DNA of 64,000 bases from Candidatus Enterousia sp. (GCA_045546075.1 JAZQCF010000004.1:104661-168660); one strand, 5' to 3'; counted from the stretch's first letter, positions 9,712-20,460 are shown. Numbers and translations: made by a program. Notes: generated by a model not told the origin, from the letters alone.

Positions 9712-10047
9712 ATGCCAAAAAACATCAAAGAAATAATGATTGCCCTGCACAAGGTTTTAAGCACAACCGTATGGGTAAATGCCGATCGCCAAATAATATC
9801 GCTTAGCGATGAATTGCAAATCGGTCATAATAACGCGCCACGTTCTATCGAAGATTTACCAAGAACTTCATTGATTGGTGCATATGTTTCGTTACAAATT
9901 CGCACAGATAACTTTGATGTTGCGGCGGAAAGTTTGGATACAAAAGAATTGGCGTTGCGTGTAAAAGGTATGGTCTTTGCCGAAGCCAAGCGCATTATGG
10001 ATGCCGAAGCCACAGAATCCAAGGGCGACATCGCGATGGCGGCATAA
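9712..10047 (+). CDS. Hypothetical protein (111 aa) ending in ...DIAMAA
   Basis: Strong RBS AGGAGG before ATG 9712, downstream hairpins. Confidence 0.7.
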   Translation: MPKNIKEIMIALHKVLSTTVWVNADRQIISLSDELQIGHNNAPRSIEDLPRTSLIGAYVSLQIRTDNFDVAAESLDTKELALRVKGMVFAEAKRIMDAEATESKGDIAMAA

Positions 10048-10100
10048 GTTTTTTACACAGCAAACAAACAAGTTTCCGGGTTCCGGAAAGGAAGGAGAGC

Positions 10101-10132
10101 ACGTCGGCAAGTAATTGCCGACGTTGTATTTT
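10101..10132 (+). terminator. Intrinsic terminator
   Basis: ACGTCGGCAA-gtaa-TTGCCGACGT followed by T-rich tract. Confidence 0.7.
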
Positions 10133-10208
10133 GTTCCCAAAAATCTGGGCATTTTCTTTGTTTGCGGCGGTCATAAAAAACGAACACCGTGTGTGTTCGC
10201 AAGAGTAT

Positions 10209-11267
10209 TTAATCTTTTAATTTATTACGAATTGGGGCCAGGGCCGCGGCGCGCGAACGAATTGTTTCGTTCAAATCGTTCTTGGCCAGGTTAAATGCAT
10301 ATTGAATCGCATTTGCAAATGCCAACGCATCCGAATTTCCGTGCGTTTTAACCGCAAAACCCTTTAAGCCCAAAAATGTTGCACCGGCATAGGAACGCGG
10401 GTCAATTTTATGCTTTAACCGCTTAAACACATGCACCAAGAAAAACGCACCGATTATCGCCAGCCAAGATTTCTTCATATTTTCGCTGATTACGCGTTTA
10501 ATCAGTTTTGCCGTGCCTTCAACCGTTTTCAAAACTATGTTGCCGGTAAAACCGTCCGTCACAACAACCTGGACCCGGCCGGCACTAATATCTGTGGGCT
10601 CAACAAACCCAAGGTATTCATACGGCAATTCATCGCGATGTGCCGACAATAAATTGTTTAATTGCTGTAACGTTTCATTGCCCTTGGTTTCTTCTTCGCC
10701 GATGTTCAACACACCCAATTTTGGACGCGGCATATGACCAATAACTTCGGCATAGACACCACCCAAAATCGCAAAGTCGAACAAATCGCCCGCATCACAT
10801 TTAACATTTGCGCCCAAATCCAAAACCACCACACGGGAATCGCCCGCACCCGATGGCAACATTGTCGTTATTGCCGGACGTGAAATTCCATCAACCGTCT
10901 TTAATGCCAATTTCGAAAGCGACATCAAAACGCCGGTGTTGCCCGCGCTGACCACCGCGGACGCATTGCCTTCGCGGACATCTTTTATCGCCATATACAT
11001 TGATGTATCCTGGGCGTGACGAATAACATCGCGGATTTTATCCGTTCCGCGAATAACGCCGGGGGCATTTATAATGGTTGAATTACGTGCGACACGCGGA
11101 TAACGCGCCAACATTTTGCGCAGGCGGCCTTCGTCACCAAATATATGAAAATGGACACCGGATTCGCCGTGTTGGTATAAAAATTGGTTCATACCACCCA
11201 ACGCAACGGCGGGGCCACGGTCGCCGCCCATCGCATCAATCGCAATAATTCTTTTATCGTCCGCCAT
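10209..11267 (-). CDS. plsX: Phosphate acyltransferase
   Basis: IAIDAMGGD, SAGNTG, RPAI, LDLGAN, NIGEEETKG, TDGFTGN, KTHG motifs. Confidence 0.97.
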   Translation of the reverse strand: MADDKRIIAIDAMGGDRGPAVALGGMNQFLYQHGESGVHFHIFGDEGRLRKMLARYPRVARNSTIINAPGVIRGTDKIRDVIRHAQDTSMYMAIKDVREGNASAVVSAGNTGVLMSLSKLALKTVDGISRPAITTMLPSGAGDSRVVVLDLGANVKCDAGDLFDFAILGGVYAEVIGHMPRPKLGVLNIGEEETKGNETLQQLNNLLSAHRDELPYEYLGFVEPTDISAGRVQVVVTDGFTGNIVLKTVEGTAKLIKRVISENMKKSWLAIIGAFFLVHVFKRLKHKIDPRSYAGATFLGLKGFAVKTHGNSDALAFANAIQYAFNLAKNDLNETIRSRAAALAPIRNKLKD

Positions 11268-11329
11268 ATCGCATTAAAAATGCAGACAGGCACAAACGCG
11301 CCGTATCTGCGAATATATTTGTGTTAATA

Positions 11330-11479
11330 TTATTTCGCACCACACGCAGAGCAAACATGATGTGGACGTTTCTTTTCGCCACAGGTTTTGCATACACCGC
11401 ACGGCATAACCGCCAAACCATCGTGCGAACGACGTTGTGCACTGCGCGCTTTACTTGTTTTACTTCTTGGAACTGCCAT
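11330..11479 (-). CDS. rpmF: 50S ribosomal protein L32 (not in ORF track)
   Basis: Manual translation MAVPRSKTSKARSAQRRSHD...CKTCGEKKRPHHVCSACGAK; upstream of plsX. Confidence 0.95.
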   Translation of the reverse strand: MAVPRSKTSKARSAQRRSHDGLAVMPCGVCKTCGEKKRPHHVCSACGAK

Positions 11480-11589
11480 TTTTACTATCCTTTTTTATTA
11501 CAGTTTCTTATTCTATTACAATATCAACGTTTTGCAAGAAAAAGTTTATCGGTGGCCGGTATCAACGGATACAGGCCACCATTGTCACT

Positions 11590-14500
11590 TTATAAATCCA
11601 ACAACTGTTGATGTTCGCCACCTTCGCGTGCCAATTTTTCGGCCTTTTCTTCGGCACGTGCAATTTCACGAACACGGCGGACATATGCACCGGTGCCAAT
11701 CGGGATAAGACGACCAACAATCAGGTTTTCATTTATACCAACCAATTTATCGGTTGCGCCATTGATTGCCGCATCAACCAAAACCTTGGTTGTTTGTTGG
11801 AACGATGCGTTGGAAATGAACGAACGTGTGGTAAGTGATGCACGGGTAAGTCCAACCAAAACCTGGGACGCGACCGCCGGACGGCCACCATCATGGACAA
11901 CGCGCGCATTTTCTTCTTCGAAATCAACACGGTCAACAACGTGCCCCATAAGGAAGCCTGTGTCACCCGGGTCGGTGATTTCGACACGACGTGTCATTTC
12001 ACGTATCAAAATTTCAATGTGTTTATCGTTGATGGACACACCCTGAAGGCGATAAACCTGTTGAATTTGTTCAACCATAAATGTCGCAAGTGCCTTTTGC
12101 CCCAATATGCGCAAGATATCTTGCGGAACCGGGTCACCATCGACCAATTTATCGGCCTTTTTCACAACATCGCCACTGCGCACCAACAGGTTCGTTCCCT
12201 TTGGCACCGCATATTCAACCGGTGCGGTTCCATCATCGGGTTCAATACGAACGATAATTTTCGTTTTTGCATCTTCCAATTCGATGGTTCCATCAATTTC
12301 GGCCAACAATGCCGGGTTGGATGGACGACGAACCTCAAGCAATTCTTCAACGCGTGGCAGACCACCCGTAATATCGCCTGTACGTTTTGCCTGGACCGGG
12401 ATGCGTGCCAAAATATCACCCGCCGCAACGGTTGCGCCGTTTGCAACGTTCAGCACCGAATGTATCGGCAACAAATATTCCGCAATCTTTTTCCCACCAA
12501 GTGACAAAACATCGCCATTTTCGTTTACCAAACGAATTGCCGGTTGCATCGCCTTTTTGGTGTTTGTTTTCCAATTTATAACCTTGCGCGAAGTGATACC
12601 GGTTGTGGAATCAATTTCTTCTTGGAAAGAAACATTTTCAACCAAGTCATTGAATGCCACAATACCGTCTTTTTCCGCGATGATTGTGTTGGAATACGGA
12701 TCCCATTCTGCGACCTTGGCACCCTTGTCAACCGTATCACCATCATTGACAATCAACATAGACGCATACGGCAGACCGCAACTGAACAATTCTTCGCCCT
12801 TGGGTGATGTAACCGCGATTTTGCCATTACGCGACAGAACCACAATACGACCCGCAGAATTCTTAATTGTATTCACACCGGACAGTTTAATCTTACCGGC
12901 AACAGGGGCCTCGATATAATGGCTCTCGGCACCACCGGACGCGATACCACCGATGTGGAAGGTACGCAACGTCAACTGGGTTCCCGGTTCACCAATGGAT
13001 TGACCGGCAACGACACCGACGGCTTCGCCAACGTGTACCAATGATTGACGCGACAAATCCATACCATAGCATTTTGCACACAGACCATCACTGCAACATG
13101 TCAAAACACTGCGCACATCGACGGACGGCAGACCGGATTCGTTAATCGCACGTGCGGCAACCTTGGTAATCAATTCACCGGCCGGAACGATAACTTCCTT
13201 GGTAATTGGGTGAATAATATCGTGCGCCGCGGTACGACCCAAAACGACATCGCCCAATGGCACGGACAGTGTGCTGCCCTGGTAAACAGGCTTTGCGGTA
13301 ATGAATTCTTTGGTTCCGCAATCGTGTTCAGTAATAACCGTGTTCAAGGCCAAATCGACCAAACGACGTGTCAAGTAACCTGCCTGGGCAGTTTTCAACG
13401 CGGTATCCGACAGACCTTTGCGCGCACCGTGGGTGGACGTAAAGTATTCCGCCATGGTCAAACCTTCCTTAAAGTTCGAAATAATTGGAACTTCGATAAT
13501 TGAACCATCCGGTTTCTGCATCATACCACGCATACCCGCCAACTGTTGAATCTGGTTCTTGGAACCACGGGCCTTGGAATCCGCCATCATATAGATTGAA
13601 TTCCAATTATCACCATTGGAACGACCCAACGCGGCGTATGCCTTTTGACCCAAACTGTCGGTTGTTTTCTGCCACATATCGATAAGTTTGTTATAACGTT
13701 CACCCGATGACAACAAACCGTTTTGATATTGGTCTTCGATATCGGCGGCAGATTTTTCGGCATCTGCAATCATTTTTTCTTTTTCTTCTGGAATCACAAC
13801 ATCGTCGAACCCAATGGAAATACCACTGCGTGCCGCCTGTTCAAATCCAGTGTTCTTTAACGCATCGGCCAACATAATCATCGCCTTGTCACCACAACGT
13901 TCATATGTTGTAGATAACAATTTTTTGATTTCCGGTTGACCCATAACCTTGTTCACCAAATCAAATGGCATATTGTCCGATTTCGGCAACAGTTCACCAA
14001 TAATCATACGACCGGCGGTTGTTTTGTAATTTTTACCATTGATGCGCGCAATGATTGGTGTGTGCAGTGTAATTGTCTTGTTTTCCAATGCCAATTCCAC
14101 TTCGTCCATACCACTGAAACGCGGTGATTTTTCGGTATGTTCGCCGTTTATCAACGAAATATAGTAAATACCCAAAACCATATCTTGTGACGGCACGGTC
14201 ATAGGTTCGCCATTTGCCGGTGACAAAATATTATTTGTAGATAACATCAATGTACGTGCCTCTAATTGAGCCTCAAGCGAAATCGGCACGTGCACAGCCA
14301 TCTGGTCACCGTCAAAGTCCGCATTGAATCCTTTACATACCAATGGGTGCAGACGGATTGCCTTGCCTTCTATCAAGACCGGTTCGAACGCCAACAATGA
14401 CAGACGGTGCAAAGACGGCGCACGGTTTAACAACACCGGATGTTCGTGGATAACCTTTTCCAAGATTTCCCAAACGATGTCTTCGCCGTTTTCAACCATT

Positions 14501-15699
14501 TTACGCGCGGTCTTTAATGTGTTGGCATAATCACCCGCCATAAGACGTGCAAACACAAACGGTTTGAACAATTCCAACGCCATTGCCTTGGGCAGACCAA
14601 CCTGGTGCATTTTCAGGGACGGCCCAGACACAATCACACTGCGCCCCGAATAGTCAACACGTTTACCCAACATATTCATACGGAAACGACCAGATTTCCC
14701 GCGCAGCGAACCCGACAGAGATTTAAGCGGGCGACGGTTTTGCGAAACCATCGGGCGGGTCTTGTGTTCATTATCAAACAATGAATCAACCGCTTCCTGT
14801 AACATACGCTTTTCGTTACGGATGATGATTTCCGGTGCGTGCATTTCCATAAAGCGTTTCAAACGATTGTTACGGATAATAACACGGCGATACAAATCGT
14901 TCAAATCAGATGCCGCAACGTGACCCGCATCCAATGTAACCAATGGGCGCATATCTGGCGGAATTACCGGGATGATGTCCGGCAACATCCATTGCGGTTC
15001 GGTTTTGGAATCCAAAAATGCCTCAACCAATTTTAATTGTTTAATAATCGCCTTGCGTTTTGCTTCAGATTTTGTTTCCGCCAATTCCGCGCGCAGACGC
15101 GTTCTTTCATCGCCCATATCCAGGTTTGCGATAATGCTGCGGACACCTTCGGCACCAATACCAACGCGAAATGCATCCGGTCCAAATTCTTCGACCGCGG
15201 CACGATATTCATCTTCACTGATGACATCGTATTGTTTCAGGTTTGTTAAACCCGGTTCAATAACGATATAGGCATCGTATGAAATAACCTGGTCTAATTT
15301 CTTTTGCGACAGGTTGTTCAACAAAGTTGCAATTTTACCTTCGCGCAAAAACCAAGTATGCGCAACCGGCATCGCCAGTTTAATGTGCCCCATACGTTCA
15401 CGACGAACCGATGAAGAACCAACCTCGACCCCGCAACGTTCGCAAATAACACCACGGAATTTGATTCTTTTGTATTTTCCGCACGCGCATTCATAGTCTT
15501 TGACCGGTCCAAAAATCTTTTGACAGAACAAACCATCGGTTTCCGGTTTCAAAGAATGATAGTTTATGGTTTCGGGTTTTGTAACCTCGCCATGGGACCA
15601 AGAAAGAATTTCTTCGGGCGACGCAATCGTAACACGCAACGCATCAAATTGTTCCCTGGTTTCAATTTGTCCAAATATCTTTTGCAACATATTTGCCAT
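11590..15699 (-). CDS. rpoC: RNA polymerase beta' subunit
   Basis: NADFDGDQM catalytic motif, zinc-ribbon CACGKYK/CERCGVE, QSIGEPGTQLTLRTFH. Confidence 0.99.
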   Translation of the reverse strand: MANMLQKIFGQIETREQFDALRVTIASPEEILSWSHGEVTKPETINYHSLKPETDGLFCQKIFGPVKDYECACGKYKRIKFRGVICERCGVEVGSSSVRRERMGHIKLAMPVAHTWFLREGKIATLLNNLSQKKLDQVISYDAYIVIEPGLTNLKQYDVISEDEYRAAVEEFGPDAFRVGIGAEGVRSIIANLDMGDERTRLRAELAETKSEAKRKAIIKQLKLVEAFLDSKTEPQWMLPDIIPVIPPDMRPLVTLDAGHVAASDLNDLYRRVIIRNNRLKRFMEMHAPEIIIRNEKRMLQEAVDSLFDNEHKTRPMVSQNRRPLKSLSGSLRGKSGRFRMNMLGKRVDYSGRSVIVSGPSLKMHQVGLPKAMALELFKPFVFARLMAGDYANTLKTARKMVENGEDIVWEILEKVIHEHPVLLNRAPSLHRLSLLAFEPVLIEGKAIRLHPLVCKGFNADFDGDQMAVHVPISLEAQLEARTLMLSTNNILSPANGEPMTVPSQDMVLGIYYISLINGEHTEKSPRFSGMDEVELALENKTITLHTPIIARINGKNYKTTAGRMIIGELLPKSDNMPFDLVNKVMGQPEIKKLLSTTYERCGDKAMIMLADALKNTGFEQAARSGISIGFDDVVIPEEKEKMIADAEKSAADIEDQYQNGLLSSGERYNKLIDMWQKTTDSLGQKAYAALGRSNGDNWNSIYMMADSKARGSKNQIQQLAGMRGMMQKPDGSIIEVPIISNFKEGLTMAEYFTSTHGARKGLSDTALKTAQAGYLTRRLVDLALNTVITEHDCGTKEFITAKPVYQGSTLSVPLGDVVLGRTAAHDIIHPITKEVIVPAGELITKVAARAINESGLPSVDVRSVLTCCSDGLCAKCYGMDLSRQSLVHVGEAVGVVAGQSIGEPGTQLTLRTFHIGGIASGGAESHYIEAPVAGKIKLSGVNTIKNSAGRIVVLSRNGKIAVTSPKGEELFSCGLPYASMLIVNDGDTVDKGAKVAEWDPYSNTIIAEKDGIVAFNDLVENVSFQEEIDSTTGITSRKVINWKTNTKKAMQPAIRLVNENGDVLSLGGKKIAEYLLPIHSVLNVANGATVAAGDILARIPVQAKRTGDITGGLPRVEELLEVRRPSNPALLAEIDGTIELEDAKTKIIVRIEPDDGTAPVEYAVPKGTNLLVRSGDVVKKADKLVDGDPVPQDILRILGQKALATFMVEQIQQVYRLQGVSINDKHIEILIREMTRRVEITDPGDTGFLMGHVVDRVDFEEENARVVHDGGRPAVASQVLVGLTRASLTTRSFISNASFQQTTKVLVDAAINGATDKLVGINENLIVGRLIPIGTGAYVRRVREIARAEEKAEKLAREGGEHQQLLDL

Positions 15700-15716
15700 T
15701 TTTCTAAGCTCCTTAC

Positions 15717-15803
15717 TTAGTTGTTAGTGGTTAGTGATAGTGATTAGTGTTGGCAGTGATTAGTAAAATTTACTAACCACTAACCACTCACACTATCCAC
15801 TAA
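15717..15803. repeat. Inverted TTAGTGG-heptamer array between the rpoB stop and the rpoC RBS
   Basis: TTAGTTGTTAGTGGTTAGTGATAGTGATTAGTG... / ...ACTAACCACTAACCACTCACACTATCCACTA. Confidence 0.85.
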
Positions 15804-18800
15804 TCAATTTTTTTCGGCGTCATCGCCAATCCCAATCCGCGCAGTTCGCGAACGAACACATTAAATGCCTCAGGCGTACCGGTTTGGATATCGTCACTGC
15901 CGGAAATGATGGATTCGTACATCTTGTTTCGGCCAACAATATCGTCGGATTTTACCGTTAACATTTCGCGCAACAGGTGTGCGGCACCGTGTGCCTCTAA
16001 CGCCCATACCTCCATTTCACCAAGACGCTGACCACCCATATGCGCCTTACCGGACAACGGTTGTTGGGTCACAAGAGAATAACTTGCGGTGGAACGCGCG
16101 TGAATCTTTTCATCGACAAAGTGGTGCAATTTCAACATATACATGACACCAACCGTCACCGGGCGGGCAAACTTTTCACCCGTAACACCATCATACAGTG
16201 TAAATTGACCGGTTTCCGGCAACTTTGCCAACTTCAACATTTTGCGAACATCTTCGGGTGTTGCACCGTCAAATGTTGGTGTTGCCATTGGAACACCATC
16301 ACGCAATAATGCCGCGTGTGCACGAACATCAGTATCCGTCATCTTGGACAATTTTTCGGCGGTTTCCTTGCCGTATATTTTACCCATAATCGCACGCAAA
16401 TCATCGGTGACCGCACGTTTCTGTTTCACTTCGTCCAGAACCGCACCAATTTGTTCACCCAGGCTACGTGCCGCCATACCAAGGTGGGTTTCCAAAATTT
16501 GACCAAAGTTCATACGACTTGGCACACCCAACGGATTCAAAACGATATCGACCGGGGTTCCATCTTCCATATGTGGCATATCTTCGATTGGAACAACACG
16601 GGAAACGATACCCTTGTTTCCGTGACGACCCGCCATTTTATCACCCGGTTGCAATTTCATCTTGTGGGCGATATATACCTTGACCTCTTTCAAGACACCG
16701 GCATTCAAAGAATTGCTTTCCGTTGCCTTTTCAATTTCGCGGTCGGCATTTTCATTCAACTGTTTCAGTTTAATAAGATGCTGTTCGCGCAATTCGTCAA
16801 TCTTGGTTTGGGCCTCTTTATTGGAAACAACCAATTTTTTGACATCAACCGGTTTGATACCTTCGAAAACTTCGGCCGTCAATTTTTTACCAACAAATGG
16901 TTTCAAACTGCCCGTGCCAGATTCGATTGTAAAGCCTTCGGCGATTTGGAAAACCTGGTCTGCGAAACCTTTTTCGATAATCAAGATTTCCTCGTCGCGG
17001 TCTTTATTGATTTTTTCAATCTTTTCCAATTCAATCATCTGGGTGCGTTCATCTTTTTTAACACCGTGACGTGTCAAAATGTTCACACCAATGACCGTTC
17101 CTTCTTCGTTCGGGCCGACACGCAAAGATGTATCTTTGACGTTCAATGCCTTTTCACCAAAGATGTTGCGTAATAACGCCTCTTCCGGGGTCAACAGTGT
17201 TTCAGATTTCGGTGAAACGTGACCAACCAAAATGTCGCCCTGCTTCACGCGTGCACCGATATAAATGATACCGGATTCGTCCAGATTCTTTAACGCCTCT
17301 TCACTGACGTTTGGAATATCACGTGTCAAACTTTCAGGTCCCAACTGAGTATCACGAACCTTGATTTCCTTTTCAACGATTTTTACAGACGTGTAAACGT
17401 CGTCGCGGGAAATGCGTTCGGAAATAACAATGGAATCTTCATAGTTATAACCACGCCACGGCACAAACGCCACCAAAACGTTGCGGCCCAATGCCAATTC
17501 ACCATAATTCATCGAAGAACCATCGGCAATGATGTCGCCCGCAGATATACGATCGCCCGCCTTGACCAACGGTTTTTGATGCAGAATTGTATCATTGTTT
17601 GAACGTTCATATTTTTCCAGGTTGTAAATATCAACACCGGTCACGACATTGCGGCTGTTCATACATTTAACCACAATACGATTTGCGTCCGCGGATTCAA
17701 CGATACCACTGTGCTTTGCAACCTTGCCGGTGCGGGAATCACGCGCAACCTCACGTTCTATACCGGTTCCAACCAATGGCGTTTGAACACGCATTAACGG
17801 AACCGCCTGGCGTTGCATATTTGAACCCATCAAAGCACGGTTCGCGTCGTCGTTTTCAACGAACGGAATCAATCCGGTTGAAATGGACACCACCTGGCGC
17901 GGTTCAACGTCAATCAGGTCAATTTCTTCACGTGGAACACGTGTAAATTCACCATCCACACGGGCCGTAACCAATTCTTCGGTCAAAACACCCTTGTCAT
18001 TTGTTGGGGTGTTACCCTGGGCAATTTTGTGACCCAATTCTTCGTCCGCGGTCAAATACACCATTTTGTCGGTGATTTTTGTGTTTTCTACAACATAGTA
18101 CGGCGTTTCAATAAACCCATATGGATTCACACGCGCATAGGATGCAAGGTGGTTAATCAAACCGATGTTTGCACCTTCGGGTGTGTTAATTGGGCATAAA
18201 CGACCATAGTGTGTCGGGTGAACGTCGCGGACATCAATGCCGGCACGTTCACGGTTTAATCCGCCCGGACCCAATGCAGAAATGCGACGTTTGTGTTCCA
18301 ATTCCGACAATGGATTATACGCATCCATAAACTGAGACAACTGGCTGGTTCCCAAGAATTCTGCAACCAACGACATCAACGGATTGACATTGACAACATC
18401 TTGGGGTTGCATTGTTGCGATGTTTGGTGAAGACAATGCTTCGCGCACCAATCTTTCGATACGAACCATACCGGTACGGAAATTTTGTTCCAACAATTCA
18501 CCAACCGTACGAACGCGACGATTTGACAGATTATCAATATCATCAATAGTATCTTTGTGATCGATAATATTGGTCAAGGTTTTCAATACCGCCAAGAAAT
18601 CATTCTTGGTCAGCAAACGTTCGTCTTCCGGTTTTTTCCCAGAATCAATTTTCAAACGCTTGTTCATTTTGAAACGGCCAACCGGCGACAAATCATAGTA
18701 TGCCGATTCAAAGCCTTGACGCAGGAACAGATTTATTGCGGCCTCTAGTGTGGGGCGTTCACCCGGACGGATGACGTTATAGATTTCAATTAACGCCTCT

Positions 18801-19936
18801 TCACGATTGGTGGTTTTATCTGCAACAACAGTGTTACGCATATGCGCGGTCATTGTTGTATTATCAATCGAAATCAAAGATATTTCTTTGATACCCAATT
18901 TTTCGATATCCGCCAAAACTTCTTCGGTGACCTCGGTCCCGGCCGGATAGATAACATCTGCACCCGACATAATCGGGTCAAACAGATATTCGCCAACCAA
19001 CGCATCCGGCAAAATACCGAATTCTTTGGACGCGGTCATAATTTTGTTCAAACGTTTTGCGTTCAAACGGTCACCCTTAGATGCCAATTCTTTTTTATCT
19101 TTTGGATTGATTAAATCATAATTCAAACGATATTTATCCAAACCTTCGAACACAGACGTTTCGCCAACCCACATTTTGCCGTTTGTTTTCAACGGGATGC
19201 GTTTATAGAACACAGACAAAATTTCTGTATCGGTCATTCCACGAATTGTGGTTTTGCGCGGTTCGGCAATCCATTTCTTTTCATCTTCGGCACACGGCAG
19301 GCAACGCAACAACACCGTTGCCGGTATTTTGCGGCGACGGTCGATACGAACATAAATGATGCCTTTGGATTCTTCAAAATCAATCCACGAACCGTGTTCC
19401 GGGATAATACGTGCAGTATACGTAATAGGATTCCCGGCGACCTTGGCTTCTTTGGTGGTTGCGAAAACGACACCTTGGGCACGGTGCATCTGGGAAACGA
19501 TAACGCGTTCAACGCCCGATGCAATAAAACTGCCCCGTTCGGTCATAAGCGGGACTTCGCCCATAAAGATTTCTTGTTCTTTGATATCACGCAAAGACTT
19601 TTTACCGTCTTCGGCGACATCCCATAAAATCAATCTTAATTTTAATTTCAATTTGCTGGAATATGTCATTTTGCGGGCAAGACATTCTTTTACATTGTAT
19701 GCCGGCTTTTCCAAATTATATTCCACAAATTCCAATTCGGCGGCCCCCGCATAATCCTTGATTGGGAACATAGAAGAAAATACACTTTGCAGCCCCATAT
19801 TTTTGCGATTTTGGGGTGCAACATCGGCCTGCAAGAAATCCTTGTAGGAATTGTATTGAATTTCTATTAAATCAGGAAGCGGAGTTTGCAAAAAACTTTT
19901 ACCAAAAGATTTTCTAAGTTTCTGGATAACTGCCAT
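15800..19936 (-). CDS. rpoB: RNA polymerase beta subunit
   Basis: SQLSQFMD, HKRRISALGPGGL, GDKMAGRHGNKG, GGQRLGEMEVWALEA. Confidence 0.99.
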   Translation of the reverse strand: MAVIQKLRKSFGKSFLQTPLPDLIEIQYNSYKDFLQADVAPQNRKNMGLQSVFSSMFPIKDYAGAAELEFVEYNLEKPAYNVKECLARKMTYSSKLKLKLRLILWDVAEDGKKSLRDIKEQEIFMGEVPLMTERGSFIASGVERVIVSQMHRAQGVVFATTKEAKVAGNPITYTARIIPEHGSWIDFEESKGIIYVRIDRRRKIPATVLLRCLPCAEDEKKWIAEPRKTTIRGMTDTEILSVFYKRIPLKTNGKMWVGETSVFEGLDKYRLNYDLINPKDKKELASKGDRLNAKRLNKIMTASKEFGILPDALVGEYLFDPIMSGADVIYPAGTEVTEEVLADIEKLGIKEISLISIDNTTMTAHMRNTVVADKTTNREEALIEIYNVIRPGERPTLEAAINLFLRQGFESAYYDLSPVGRFKMNKRLKIDSGKKPEDERLLTKNDFLAVLKTLTNIIDHKDTIDDIDNLSNRRVRTVGELLEQNFRTGMVRIERLVREALSSPNIATMQPQDVVNVNPLMSLVAEFLGTSQLSQFMDAYNPLSELEHKRRISALGPGGLNRERAGIDVRDVHPTHYGRLCPINTPEGANIGLINHLASYARVNPYGFIETPYYVVENTKITDKMVYLTADEELGHKIAQGNTPTNDKGVLTEELVTARVDGEFTRVPREEIDLIDVEPRQVVSISTGLIPFVENDDANRALMGSNMQRQAVPLMRVQTPLVGTGIEREVARDSRTGKVAKHSGIVESADANRIVVKCMNSRNVVTGVDIYNLEKYERSNNDTILHQKPLVKAGDRISAGDIIADGSSMNYGELALGRNVLVAFVPWRGYNYEDSIVISERISRDDVYTSVKIVEKEIKVRDTQLGPESLTRDIPNVSEEALKNLDESGIIYIGARVKQGDILVGHVSPKSETLLTPEEALLRNIFGEKALNVKDTSLRVGPNEEGTVIGVNILTRHGVKKDERTQMIELEKIEKINKDRDEEILIIEKGFADQVFQIAEGFTIESGTGSLKPFVGKKLTAEVFEGIKPVDVKKLVVSNKEAQTKIDELREQHLIKLKQLNENADREIEKATESNSLNAGVLKEVKVYIAHKMKLQPGDKMAGRHGNKGIVSRVVPIEDMPHMEDGTPVDIVLNPLGVPSRMNFGQILETHLGMAARSLGEQIGAVLDEVKQKRAVTDDLRAIMGKIYGKETAEKLSKMTDTDVRAHAALLRDGVPMATPTFDGATPEDVRKMLKLAKLPETGQFTLYDGVTGEKFARPVTVGVMYMLKLHHFVDEKIHARSTASYSLVTQQPLSGKAHMGGQRLGEMEVWALEAHGAAHLLREMLTVKSDDIVGRNKMYESIISGSDDIQTGTPEAFNVFVRELRGLGLAMTPKKID

Positions 19937-19996
19937 GGGTTTTAATCCTTTTTTTTATGTGTTTTGCAAACGAAACTATTGCGTATACTTTTTTAC

Positions 19997-20043
19997 GCCC
20001 GTCGCCCGCCCCAATGTTTTTACACGGGGCGGGCATGGACGCG
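19997..20043 (-). terminator. Hairpin/attenuator between rplL and rpoB
   Basis: GCCCGCCCC...GGGGCGGGC stem in the rplL-rpoB spacer, where attenuators are known in other bacteria. Confidence 0.5.
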
Positions 20044-20094
20044 TCACGAAATCGTGACACATTTTTTGAACCGTATTGGTTCGGGTTGGAATAA

Positions 20095-20460
20095 TTATTT
20101 CAATTCCACTTTTGCACCAGCTGCTTCGATGGTAGCTTTCATTTTTTCGGCTTCATCTTTTGCAACGGCTTCTTTCACGGTCTTTGGTGCAGATTCAACC
20201 AATGCCTTGGCTTCAGTCAATCCCAAACCAGTGATATCTTTAACGGCCTTGATAACCGCCAATTTGTTTGCACCGATATCGGTCAAAACGACATCGAATT
20301 CGGTTTTTTCTTCCGCAGCAGCAGCGGCCGGGCCGGCGGCAACCGCAACGGCGGCGGCGGCACTAACGCCCCATGTTTCTTCCAATGCCTTGGACAATTC
20401 GACTGCTTCCAAGACGGTCAATTTTGACAATTCTTCAACCAATTTTTGAATGTCTGCCAT
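20095..20460 (-). CDS. rplL: 50S ribosomal protein L7/L12
   Basis: [37 protein letters not shown]. Confidence 0.98.
   Translation of the reverse strand: MADIQKLVEELSKLTVLEAVELSKALEETWGVSAAAAVAVAAGPAAAAAEEKTEFDVVLTDIGANKLAVIKAVKDITGLGLTEAKALVESAPKTVKEAVAKDEAEKMKATIEAAGAKVELK

Noticed and set aside
10073-10100. SRP RNA-like CCGGAAAGGAAG sequence
   Set aside because: Lacks the CAGG...AGCA internal-loop motif and the long closing stem of 4.5S RNA
18170-18350. Divergent RpoB rifampicin region (MDAYNPLSELEH, CPINTPEG)
   Set aside because: Key D, H, S and I rifampicin-contact residues are retained; changes fit general rapid evolution
11608-19754. Numerous antisense ORFs within rpoB/rpoC (likewise within gyrA)
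   Set aside because: Shadow frames of highly conserved genes
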